Origin: Chiloscyllium plagiosum
Taxonomy: Eukaryota
Reading direction: 5' to 3'
Assembly: GCF_004010195.1 (NCBI RefSeq)
Contig: NC_057720.1
Coordinates: forward strand, 23,114,567 to 23,147,594
DNA: 33,028 nt
In this document: positions 21,647-33,028 of the stretch, piece by piece
Layout: every line of letters begins with the position of its first letter
Numbering within the stretch: position 1 is the first letter of the stretch
Notes under the pieces: model-generated
Seen by the model: only the letters and a program-made list of their open reading frames with translations
Database searches by the model: none
What the model was told of the DNA's origin: nothing
Translations under genes and position numbers: made by a program

Positions 21647-22175
21647 CTGGTCATCTTTATGCCCAGTGTGCCCATATTCTACTGCATGTAGCCTGTCTTA
21701 AAATAGGAATGGAAGATCCAGAAAATTTATTTGTACCCCAGGGATGAAGTTTCATCAAAGAATGGTCACCCATAATTAGCTGCTGCTACATGAACAAGAT
21801 TCACAATATAACAGGCATTTCCATTTAGTAAAAGCTACTGATTAGTAAATATATGCAGATTGTCTGGAAACTCATGTCCATCACAACAAATGTGTGGCAC
21901 CCACTACCATTTAGCTTCAATTGAAATGTTTCTTGTACCTCACCATTGGATGTTAGAGGATTGATAAAGGTGAGAATGGAGAGATTGTACAGTATCAGAA
22001 AGTAAACACACATCACCACTGATGACTGATTTAAAACAAATGGTTGTTGTTAAAAAAAAACATTTGAGTCATCTTGAGATTCTCTGACTTTCCCCCAGAG
22101 GAATTTATGAGGTTTTCGTGAGCATCTACTTCTTGAACAGGAATTGGTTGTGGCGATTTATATTTGCTGCTTGAT

Positions 22176-22948
22176 CATAGAGTCATCGAGATGTACAGCA
22201 TGGAAACAGACCCTTCGGTCCAACCTGTCCATGCCGACCAGATATCCCAACCCAATCTAGTCCCACCTGCCAGCACCAGGCCCATATCCCTCCAAACCCT
22301 TCCTATCCATATACCCATCCAAATGCCTTTTAAATGTTGCAGTTGTACCAGCCTCCACCACTTCCTCTGGCAACTCATTCCATACACGTACCACCCTCTG
22401 TGTGAAAACGTTGTCCCGTAGGTCTCTTTTATATCTTTCCCCTCTCACCCTAAATCTATGCCCTCTAGTTCTGGACTCCCCAACCCCAGGGCTGAAAATG
22501 TGTTGCTGGAAAAGCGCAGCAGGTCAGGCAGCATCCAAGGAACAGGAGAATCGACATTTCGGGCATGAGCCCTTCTTCAGGAATTATTGTTAGGCTCATG
22601 CCCGAAACGTCGATTCTCCTGTTCCTTGGATGCTGCCTGACCTGCTGCACTTTTCCAGCAACACATTTTCAGCTCTAATCTCCAGCATCTGCAGTCCTCA
22701 CTTTCTCCTCCCCAACCCCAGGGAAAAGACTTTGTCTATTTACCCTATCCATAATTTTGTAAACCTCTATAAGGTCACCCCTCAGCCTCCGACACTCTAG
22801 GGAAAACAGCCCCAGCCTGTTAAGCCTCTCTCTATAGCTCAAATCCTCCAACCCTGGCAACATTCTTGTAAATCTTTTCTGAACCCTTTCAAGTTTCACA
22901 ACATCTTTCCGATCAGAAGGAGACCAGAATTGCGTGCAATATTCCAAT
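22176..22948 (-). mobile_element. CR1/HER1-like LINE 3' portion, interrupted at 22492-22707
   Basis: ORFs 22675-22947 (LERVQKRFTRMLPGL..RLRGDLIEVYKI) and 22257-22448 (FTQRVVRVWNELP), and a CATAGAGTCAT tail. Confidence 0.92.
22492..22707. mobile_element. Short palindromic Penelope pLTR insertion with hammerhead motifs
   Basis: 81-bp inverted arms 22491-22571 / 22593-22673; homologous to 10211-10339; TSD CTCCCCAACCCCAGGG at 22476-22491 and 22708-22723. Confidence 0.9.
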
Positions 22949-23520
22949 ATCCTGCCATTTACACTATTCTTCTACCCTTCAGATAATTTTGAATTTTGAA
23001 TGACTGGGCGGTTTTCCTGTCACTGATGTTGTTTCCTGCTACACCAAACGAGAAGCTATGGTGATGACAACATGCACTTCTCACTGTTTCTAAACAGCCT
23101 AGTTGCTTTTCAGTTAACAAAGTGAACATGCTCAGCTATGGACCCTCTGCGAAAATCTCTGTCTCCATGCAGGAGGCACAGGTTTTGTTTTGTTCAGCTG
23201 GATTATGTGAACAACCTTGGACAATATGAGGTCCTCTCTTGACAGTAAAATATTAGCTTCTGAGATCATATCAGTTCAGGCATTTTCAGACAAGTATGAC
23301 TGTAGACTCAGGTACCAGGTAAGTAAGGTCCCAAGTGGGTGGAGAGCAAGGTGCCAAGTAGGTAGAGTGCCAGGTGCTTATGGTTCCACATAGGCAAGGT
23401 GCCAGGGCACAAGAGGACAAGGGGGCCAAGTAAGTGATAATGGACTTAAGGCAGGTCAGAAAGGGTGGGAGATTTTTGCGCAATGAGATTGCATGGTGTG
23501 GGAGAAGAAGGTTGTTGTTT

Positions 23521-23806
23521 GGGTGGCACAGTGGCCCAGTGGTTAGCACTGCTGCCTCACAGGGCTAGGGACCCAGGTTCAATTCCAGCCCGTGTCTGCG
23601 TGGGTTTCCTCCGAGTGCTCTAGTTTCCTCCCACAATCCAAAGCCGTGCAGGTTAGATGAATTGGCCATGCTAAATTGCCCATATTGTTAGGTGCATTAG
23701 CCAGAGGGAAATGGGTCTGGGTGGGTGACTCTTCGGAGGGTCGGTGTGGACATGTTGGGCTGAAGGGCTTGTTTCCACACCGTAGGGAACCTAATCTAAT
23801 CTAATC
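23521..23806 (+). mobile_element. HE1-like V-SINE
   Basis: GGCACAGTGGCCCAGTGGTTAGCACTGCTGCCTCACAG head, GGTTCAATTCC B-box, GCGTGGGTTTCCTCCG V-domain-like segment, (CTAAT)n tail. Confidence 0.88.
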
Positions 23807-26049
23807 ACAGGAAAGGAGCAGGCGGTTGGGCTGTAAACAGGGCAAGGGTGTTAGTTCTGGTTGCAAGAGAGGGCAGAGGTCAAGTTCAGAGTAGATAAAG
23901 GTTATGTCTATCTAGAGTGCGAGAAGAGGGGCTTGGATCCAAAGCACGGAGTTAGTGGCGGGGGAGATAACAGGGAGTTGGATCCAGATCAACAGTGAAG
24001 GGGAGGTTATCAAGGCTGGTGTAGGGGGGAAGGGGGCTTGAGCATGGAGTGCAGGCATGAGATTCAGGACCAGAGCAGGGGATGGGATCATCAGGTTTAG
24101 CAGAAATGTTGAATTAGGGTTGGTTTTCATAGCAAGGGAAGGGGTATCGGGTCCGGTGATGAGAGAAATGAGAGATTGGGTCTTGGAACAGGTTGTTCGT
24201 CCTGTGCATAGAAGTGAGTGTGTCAGACCCAGTGATGAAAGTTATTTGATCCCAGGGGAACAGGAGCTGTCATGTCAGTATTTATGACATGTAAGGGGTC
24301 TGCAGGGGGCATATTAGATGGGTGTGTGGTAAGTTCAAAGTCAGTTTAATAGTTACTCAGGAGTAAAATTAGGAGTTTATTAATTAACTTTTCCTGAGTA
24401 AGTATTTACTTAACATTATTTGAACCGTTTGAATTGTCCAATTTAATTGGCTACTTATGGAGGACTCCATGCAGTGGAATATTAAATTTCCTGTGCAGTT
24501 CCTTCAGAGCCTGCTTTGATGTGGATTCCACAGGGATCCCATGTGCAACACCAATCTATGCTGCAGAAACAATTATCTGGCCACCAGAAAATCCAGGCCT
24601 ATGTTTTTTTCTGGTTTCTCACTGTAACAGTTAAACTTTGTTTTCTGATTGTGTAACATATTAGGCTGAAATAATTATCGAGAGCCTTAATGAAATCATC
24701 ATTATTTGCTGCTACTTCCTCTCGCCAATGTCAGGCAAGAACTGCATCAACAATGTTACCAATAGTGTCTCAAGTACACAGACCTGACCTTTGTCTGGTT
24801 TGGAATCAAGACCTGATGCAGTATTGTATTGGATAAATCATCCATGCTTCCTTATTAATACAAAGACCTAGCTTGCGCCAGCCTTGTGGGCAAAAGATTT
24901 GGGTCGGGGAAAGGAGTTATCCATTACTTAAGACATACCTGTGTTCTGCACTCAAGTAAGTGTGTGAGTTAATCTGTTTGTGTCTGTTTGCCGAGTTGTA
25001 TCTTTTCAATCTATCTTTTGCCTGCCACCTTCTGTTGCTGGACAGACGGGCTCCTTTTGCTGTGGACTGTCTGCTCTCACACTGGCGATGTGCCATTGAT
25101 TTTATAGTTTGCTTCTGTCCAGAGTACCAACCAAGTCTTACAGAAACTCATTACATCTCATTCAAGCCCTACCTGAGGATCTAGTGGGTGATATAGAGGC
25201 AAGCAGTTCACTCAGCAGTATTGCAGAACCTGAAGTGTCAGTGTTTAATAACTTGAGAAAAGTGGAGTCAGATAGCGATGAAGAATCCTGGAATGACCCA
25301 AGTGTTCTGAATTCAGTGGGATCATCCAGTGCGGAGAGGCTTTCTTCTGCCGTGTCAGATGGAGCAGGGATGACCTGCCGGGAAGTGGCAGCAGTAGCAA
25401 CGAGTGTGACTATAAGATCCCGAGGGACCAAACCCCTCAAATATGAATGATCTGTCACTGAGCCAAGAGGTAAATGGAAATAGTCTCATGGAAAGTACCA
25501 GCATCGATAATAAGCTGAGAAGGTCCACACAAGCAAGTATCACCCAATTTTTACCATCTGTCCAAATCAGTGTTGTGGGAAGAGAACACTACCACAATAT
25601 GAATCCAAACATTGGCCTCTGCTCAAACTATCATTCAGAGAGAAAAGGAAGCATTGGAGAAACTGGGGCAGCTGGTAGGAGAATTGGGAGTGGCAAGACT
25701 GGAGCAAGTAAAACAAGCATTCTGCTTATTTCTCTCTTGTTGTCTTGTTTAAGCAATCCGATATACAGGCACAATAGCAAATTGTGCAACACTGTCACTC
25801 CTCTGCTACTGCTTAATTTCCCATTCCTCACCAAGCAAAGGTGGAAAGGTTCGACCATGTCCTTTAAGAACAGAAGTATTAAAAAGTAACTTTACAAAGC
25901 AAAATTTAGATGCAACAATGAATAAGATTGGAGATAAGCTGCATAGATCTGCAAAATTCAAATGGTCAGAATCTCAACCTTCATTTTAGTCCACTTGGGA
26001 TTTATATCACTGACTTCATTCCACAACTGCTTTGCCTGGTTGATGTCAA

Positions 26050-29000
26050 TGCTCAGTTAAAACCATTTCACAGCATTAGAAGTTTTCCACATCAATCTGC
26101 AATTTGATCTTCAGCTTTCAAGTGACATGAATGCTGATCTTTAAGACTTCAATAGACATCTTGCAATATAGCAAGGTTTGATGAAAATGATGAACCCATC
26201 TGAAAATTTCTCAAACAGAGATCATTCATTTATGAACGTCTTCTGACTGCTTCACAATGAATCATTATGCATCAAGCTTATGGCAACGTTAAATATAGGC
26301 TTCCGCTTGCTTTCGGTGAAATGTAGTATAACTAATGGAAGGCAAAAACTGATGAGCTATAACATCTAGCTGGGAAATATAATCTTCATTTTTACCATAT
26401 ATTGAAGACAATGTGTATGACCCATTCATCACAACCTTTGCTCTTATCCAAATAGCTGATGGAAAATAATTAGTCCTAATAGGTCTGCTATAATGGAAAT
26501 ACAATGTGAACATTTTGTAAACTGTCCACCAGATACTCCCATATCTCAGCTGATTCTCTGCATGTTTCTTCTTCTGACTATTGAAGAGGTGATAAAGGAA
26601 ACTAAACTGAGCAAACAAAGCAAAGCCCCTGATCCAAACAGTATTTCAGCAAAGTTTTGGAACAAAGCCTGTTAACAAACTAACAACTATCTTTTAAATT
26701 ATCCAGGATGAAGAAAAGTTCCAAAGATTTCAGGGAGACCAACATGATCAGCAAAAGTGATCCAAACATTTATGCAGTAATGACTGTGAAATAAGCCTTC
26801 TTTCAATTGCAAGAATCCTATTAAACCATCTGCTAGACAGCCTCTTGGCGCACATACTCCTAGATCACAATGTCATTTTAAGGCTAACTTTGAGAAAACA
26901 TGTTCTGCTATATTTCACCAGCAGTATGTCTTTGAGGGACATCCTCACAGCATGTGATCTGAGGATATAAAGGACTCATAAACCATCTTTCTTGAGATCA
27001 CTTGAAGCATGACACCCCAATGGAAACATGCTGCTCTATCATAACCAAATAGATTAATACTCGGTAAGGTACTTCTGTGTCTGTGAATATAATAATTGTA
27101 TTCGCTAACTAGTTGTATTAAATGCCCTTTGGATCCGTCAACATCGCATTATCCATGCCTAGTTTCCTATGTTACAAGGGATAACATAAGCATTGCTGCA
27201 TCAGGGAGCCAAAAACTCACATCAAAGTTGATACAGTGTTGCAGCAATACAGCTGCAAGTACAAAACTGAAGTGCAACATCACAATTTATATACTGTATT
27301 CACAGGCACAATTTAGGTTTCTGACAATATGAAATGGCCTGGTCTATGACACTCTCTCCAAGCTAGGATGTCTCAAAAGCTAGACGTATCAAAATCCTAC
27401 ACTGACTGTATGTTGACATGCTTGGACATCTTTGTGCCTGTGGTGAGATGTTCAATGCCTTTGGCAAAAATGAGGATGATGAAGTGAGGAAGGGCTCTGG
27501 TTCCCCAGCTCTTAATGTCCTTTTTTCTGTACTGTTTAGGAAACCACCAGAGGCCTGGCTTTAAGCATTGTCATTAGATTTTATTCTGGAAGCTCTTCAA
27601 TCTTTACCAGACAGAGGTTCCATTAAAGTCATAAAGGGGCAGTAGTCAGAGAGTTTCTATCCACAATAGCTTCCAGATTATGTCAAACAAACCAATGCTC
27701 TATTTTTACAACACCCATTCCGTTTTCCAATAAATAATCAAAGTTTAAATGTACCAAAGCCTGTCTGACTAGCTCTGAAGGGCAGGTAAGTGGATGAGAT
27801 TTTAGGATAGCTGCTTGGTGATTCAGGGGTCAGGTGGCAGATAATTGGGTGCAGAGCCAGGGAAACAGGTGGGTGAGGGTTTTGGCTTTCAGGTGAGTGT
27901 GTGAGGGGGAAAAGGTGGACCGGGGGACAGGAGATCGGAGGAATTAGTTGATAAGTTGATAGGAGTTGTCAATTTTGATCAGTAACTGGGTGGAGAAAGG
28001 AATCAGGTGTCTGAGGGTTGAAGGAAGGAATCAGGGTCTGAGGAAGAGGAGTTTTGGGAGAAAGTGTTATCTGTCTGGGATTGGGGATCATAGTGAGTGA
28101 TTGAGAGTGTCAGTGGTGATTTAACAATGGGATAGTTTTTGTAGTTATGCGATACCTTGAGCAGGTTTTAATCTAACTTTTATGAGATACCTATTCAGGA
28201 AAGAGAGTGAAATCATCTGAAATCTGACTTTAACTCAGTTGGAAATATGTTTGGAGGTGCCAGATGTCTAGTAATCAGATCTTTAAAAGTGCCAGGTAAG
28301 AAGTGGGTAGTCAGTGTTGCGATATGTGAGCAGTTCCCAAATGCATCTGTTGAAATCTGGCCATTGTCTCACACATTATGAAGCACCAGATATTGTCACT
28401 GACAAAACCAACCTCAGGTTTAAAGATGTTACGACATGGGGTAAACCCCTCTACTAATTTACACCTGACTCACAGAGAAGCTTACCTCGCACCATGATCT
28501 GGTAAATTTTGAGAGGCAAAGAACTATCCAGGATGTTACTATTTAAAATAAAAATTCACAATTTTATTCTTTAAGTCCAAAAAAGAACATTAAACAATTG
28601 CTTACAACTCCTTTCTGTTAAATCTATCTTACTCCCACTCTATAATCCTGGTCTGATAGAAAAACCCTGATTAAGATTTACAAAAAATATGTTTCAAAAC
28701 CAGTCAGCTTTGTTAATTTGCGTTTGTAGGTTTTCCTCTGTAGATTTTTCTAGGTTGGCTTTTCTTTAGTCTTTTGCTGCTCAACTTTTCTTATGGACAG
28801 GTACCTTTCAGAGAGCTATTTGGCTAGCAGTCTGTACTTGTTGGTGCTCTTGGCAGTTCTCCTCCTAACTGCTCAAAATGTCTAGTTTTATACCGCAAAA
28901 CATCGGATCATTTCATTGGATTGATGTCATCCCAAACAGTAAAATCCAAGTTTGATTGGATTTTGGTATCTGGGGCATAATTTAAACCGATGGCCGAATT

Positions 29001-29700
29001 CAAATTTGTTTTTGTTCCTTGGTAGCACAGTATCAGCTGTCTGTATAAACCAAATGTTCTCTGTGCTTTCAGTCAATCCTTGTTAGCTTAAAGGTACAGT
29101 GCACACCTACACCTTCATAACATAGAAAAATTCTCATGGGATAATGGGATATCACTATTAATGAAGGAATCAATGAACACATCCAGAATGTAAGTTCTAC
29201 CTACAGCCAATTCAATGATCATTTTAGACAGCAACATGGCATTGATCTGAAGATTTACCTCAAACTCTACCAGATCACAGCCCATACCACTGTATGTGTG
29301 GTGCAATCTCTAGGTCATCTGTAGGTGGCACATAAAAGCCATGGAACACTTCCATAAAAGACACCAAAGCAGCATCATGAGATTTGACAAAGTCACGATC
29401 AACAAAGTCCTTCAAGGTTCTGAACTTAATAAAATGGAGACCTATCTCCAGAAAGTTTCACCCAGATCTTCACTTTACGTCTCCCTTGTTATATATACAT
29501 CCCCGAGCAGATGTACCAGGGTGAATTGTCTCAGTCAAACAACATCAAGGTGGTCATTGTGAAAAAAAAACATAAGGACATTTAAGAAAAGACCTAAACA
29601 GTCTTCTGCATTGTAAATCACCTTTCTTGGGAAAAAACACCGGTCCACTGAAAGAAAATTCTATTGGGTCGTAAGCACGGGAGTTTAATTTAACATATTT
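26050..29700 (+). mobile_element. Old RTE-clade LINE relic, interrupted by later insertions
   Basis: Collinear decayed motifs FDENDE (~26176), TIEEVIKETK..SKAPDPNSISAKFW (~26580-26660), EISLLSIARILLN (~26790), KLFNL (~27590), IKAMEHFHKRH (~29330). Boundaries are approximate. Confidence 0.65.
28427..29122. mobile_element. Solo LTR related to the Gmr1-like LTRs
   Basis: TGTTACGACATGGGGTAAACCC...AAAGGTACAGTGCACACCTACACCTTCATAACA; collinear with 20940-21646; flanks AAGA/TAGA. Confidence 0.85.
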
Positions 29701-30812
29701 TGAGAACTACCAACACTAATAATGCAGCATCCAATATGCCCGAAAGAATGATACAAATTGATGTATCTTGTTAGGACATCCCCTGGTTAAAGCAGCATAA
29801 AATGGCTGAAAGTGGTTATCGGTTGTCATAAAATAGCTGAAAGAGTAGCTTGCCTAGTTTGATATTTAAAGTTAAACTGTAAGTTGGGTAACTGTCACCT
29901 TCATAGAAGGAGTAAATCTTAATTAACAAGAATAAAATAATATACAAAGGTCTTTGTGAAATGCATACAATGGACTCAGTTGAAACTGAAGCAAATGCAG
30001 CAGCTTGTATAAAGACAGTTTGGTAAGGGACATCCTAGAGAAATGCTAGGAGAAGCCTTCATACCAGGCTGATCCAAAGTCTGGTATTGAACATGAGTTA
30101 GAAGGAAAGGTCTAATCCTCTTCAGTTAAGACCCCATGGCACCATCTCCAGCCAACCCCAGGTAATTGTAGCCACAGATGAAAAATAAGAAATGGAGTTT
30201 TAAGTGTACAGGAATTAACTGCATTCCCATGGAAATGCAGTCTAAGGCAGACCGGAACCCTCCTGCTATTGGCAGAGGAGTTCTGAATGACTGGTGCAGG
30301 AGCGAAAGCTGGAACGTGATGTGTTGCAAAGGTTCAAGGATAAGTGGTATGAGGATCTGGTAAAAATCATAGGAAGACATTGAGCTGAGACATTGAACAC
30401 ACAATCAAAAACTTAATCTGATCAGATGTCTATATAATCAATTAATAATAGAAAGGCAGATTAAAATATACAAATGTGAATGTTGGCCTTTGTTCAGTGG
30501 AGAAGCTTCTGGAATACCAGAGGTATTCTTCCCACCAGTGTAAAATAATAAAGCACTTTGAAAAGAAATGGACACGGGTGTTGGGTGATTCAGTCATTTT
30601 GCCCCAACATAGCTGCAGAAGCAACACTAAGCAACAATAATGACTATGAACTGTCCATTCTGTGGAGGTCCTTGATGATTTTGCATTGGACTCTTAAGTC
30701 ATGAAATAACTCACAGGAAACAGTCAAGTCACTTACAGAATTGACATACTCAAATACTGAATAGTCTATAACCAACTATATTCTATGTGACACAGGATGC
30801 TCAAAGACTGTA

Positions 30813-31399
30813 TGTCTGTACAGGACATTGGTTAGGCCACTATTGGAATATTGTGTGCTGTTATGCAGTTTCACAGCATCCTATCGGAAGGATGTTGGGA
30901 AACTTGAAAGGGTTCAGAAAAGATTTACAAGATGCTACCAGGGGTTGCCGGATTTGAGCTACAGGGAGAGGTTGAATAGGCTAGGGCTGTTTTCCCCAGA
31001 GCATCAGAGGCTGAGGGGTGACCTGATAGAGGTTTATAAAATCATGAGGGGCTTGGATGGGATAAATAGACAAAGTCTTTTCCCTGGGGTCGGGGAGTCC
31101 AGAATTATAGGACATAGGTTTAGGGTGAGAGCGGAAAGACATAAAAGAGACCTAAGGGGCAACGTTTTCATGCAGAGGGTGGTATGTGTATGGAATGAGC
31201 TGCTCGAGGAAGTGATAGAGGCTAGTACAATTGCAATGTTTAAAAGGCATCTGGATGGTTATATGAATAGGAAGGGTTCAGAGGGATATGGGCCGGGTGC
31301 TGGCAGGTGGGACTAGATTGGGTTGGGATATCTGATTAGCATGGATGAGTTGGACTGAAGGGTCTGTTTCCGTGCAGTACATCTCTATGACTGTATGAC
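30813..31399 (+). mobile_element. CR1/HER1-like LINE 3' portion
   Basis: ORF 30828-31316 (VRPLLEYC..LERVQKRFTR..RLRGDLIEVYKI..GYGPGAGRWD*), 3' UTR and ATGACT tail. Confidence 0.93.
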
Positions 31400-32339
31400 T
31401 GAGCTACAATTTTTGCATTTATGCAAACAATAGTCCTAGTGAATGACTTTCTATGACATCATTACATTGTCACATTTATAATTGTAACAGTTATGAATGT
31501 TTTCATGATTACTTACAACATCATACGTATTGATCCGGCTGTTTTTATATAAGACAAAAGCTGCATTTGAAACAGGTTTAAAAATGGGTTTTATCTTTTT
31601 CACAGCCTATATCATAAATTGACTTTTGCCATATTTTGAATTGAGAGCTTTCAACTACATGTTGAAAGAAAATTCTATGAAGCTTGAAGTGTATTGAGAG
31701 ACTAGTTTACTCAATAGCAGCAGCTCTCACAGATCTAGAAATTGATCAACAAACAGATGGGAGATTTGGTATAATTGCCTGTAATGTGTGCAACATTATC
31801 CATTCTGGAAATGGTGCTGAAGGACAGATGCAATAATGCAGTTTCTAAAGACAGTCTAGTTTGTGACTCTAATGGTTCCTAACAGGAAGGAAATGCAATT
31901 TGTAAGAAGCTGATGCATCTAATTCATTGTTATGAGATTTTGTTGATCTATTAAATAACTGTCCGTAACTGAGGGAAAAAAATGCCAATGCTTTCCGAAT
32001 GCATTTCAGAGGTAATCTGCTTTCTAACAGAGAGCTGCTTTGAATTCATGTGCTTTTAGAATGATGTTCACATTAATTGTTATATTTGCCTCAAGTTATC
32101 TTGGTAATCTCATTAATTTCCTAATATAAAGAAAGGTAAAGGTATTGCCTCAATATTTACTTAAGGCTGAGAAGAGATCATAGCAGATAGTAGGGGAAGA
32201 AAATGATAATCAGATAGCAGATTCAGAAGTAAAGGTTTTTGGCATGTCCTACTGAAACCTGGGAGCTTCTTTTCCATTTTTCCAGAGGATTTTCCACCGA
32301 ACAGCCAGGAAGTTTGAGAGCCTGATAGATAAGTAGCAC

Positions 32340-32740
32340 AAGAACAAAAGTGATAGAAATAGGACGAGATCATTCAGCTCATTCAGAAAACTCTGGAACT
32401 AAGTATGGTCATGGTTGATCTAGAGTTTCAACTTCCTTCCCTGCCCACTTCCCACATCCCTTCATTCTCTCACAGTTGTCTGTATCAGCTTTAAATGTAC
32501 TGTGATGGAGCATCCACAACCTTCTGAGGCAGAGAATCCCAAAGATTCGCAACCATCTGTTCTTTCTTTCTTTGAAGGAATTTTTCTACATGATCAGTCT
32601 TAATTGATTGACCCCTTACTCTGAGATGGTGTCCCTGTGTTTTCAATTTCTCATCACTAGAAGTGACTTCTCAGTATCCACACTGCCCCTTTAGTTTCCT
32701 ATATGTTTCAATGAGATCACGTCATGTCTTCTAATTTATC
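32340..32740 (-). mobile_element. Old CR1 LINE 3' fragment
   Basis: GCATCCACAACCTTCTGAGGCAGAGAATCCCAAAGATTC is the reverse of a WxSLPQKVVDA-type motif. Confidence 0.6.
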
Positions 32741-32745
32741 CAACT

Positions 32746-33028
32746 TAGAACATAGAACATAGAAGAATACAGCGCAGTACAGGCCCTTCGGCCTCGATGT
32801 TGCGCCGATCCAAGCCCACCTAACCTACACTAGCCCACTATCCTCCATATGCCTATCCAATGCCCGCTTAAATGCCCATAATGAGGGAGAGTCCACCACT
32901 GCTACTGGCAGGGCAGTCCATGAACTCACGACTCGCTGAGTAAAGAACATACCCGTACCATCTGTCCTATACCTACCCCCCCCCCTTAATTTAAAGCTAT
33001 GCCCCCTCATAATAGCTGACTCCATACG
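32746..33028 (-). mobile_element. Younger CR1 LINE 3' end, cut by the window end
   Basis: (TAGAACA)n tail and ORF 32825-33025 (FFTQRVVSSWTALP..AFKRALDRHM). Confidence 0.88.

Larger units (their letters stand above)
13440..22030 (-). pseudogene. Possible ancient DIRS/Ngaro-like (tyrosine-recombinase) retrotransposon relic in three pieces: ~21651-22030, 14683-15225, ~13440-13919
   Basis: Weak but collinear motifs: RT-like GSGCHTFVVMDMSFQTICIYL; RNase H-like FFNGR..ISIAA..NVRCRTPLIQ..YVKAIH.....EAL...FLQLLPA; YR-like LRC, SDQFRTG, GINSSHCITH, GECVSIA (compare GRWxSxA). Confidence 0.4.

Noticed and set aside
30178..30363. CR1 ORF1 esterase-like fragment (LNDWCRSE)
   Set aside because: A single short motif with no supporting neighbours.

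Overview
Repeat-dominated eukaryotic DNA, almost certainly from a cartilaginous fish (shark-type HER1/CR1 LINE tails, HE1-like V-SINEs and Penelope elements). I found no convincing host exon. Main contents: (i) a decayed but complete 6.4-kb Gmr1-type Ty3/Gypsy LTR element on the minus strand (15226-21646; CTGG TSD; PR-INT-RT-RH order), whose PBS region carries a stack of tRNA-Pro 3'-end copies; (ii) a CpG-rich Penelope element (7520-10339, two assembly gaps) and three short Penelope terminal fragments carrying minimal hammerhead-ribozyme motifs, two of them head-to-head palindromes; (iii) a Tigger/pogo-like MITE (13922-14680) containing a 114-bp copy of the neighbouring Gypsy RT; (iv) older relics of a Harbinger transposase, an RTE LINE and probably a DIRS/Ngaro element into which both the MITE and the Gypsy inserted; (v) many CR1 fragments, SINEs and solo LTRs, often nested. 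All family calls come from manual translation and motif recognition; no database search was run.
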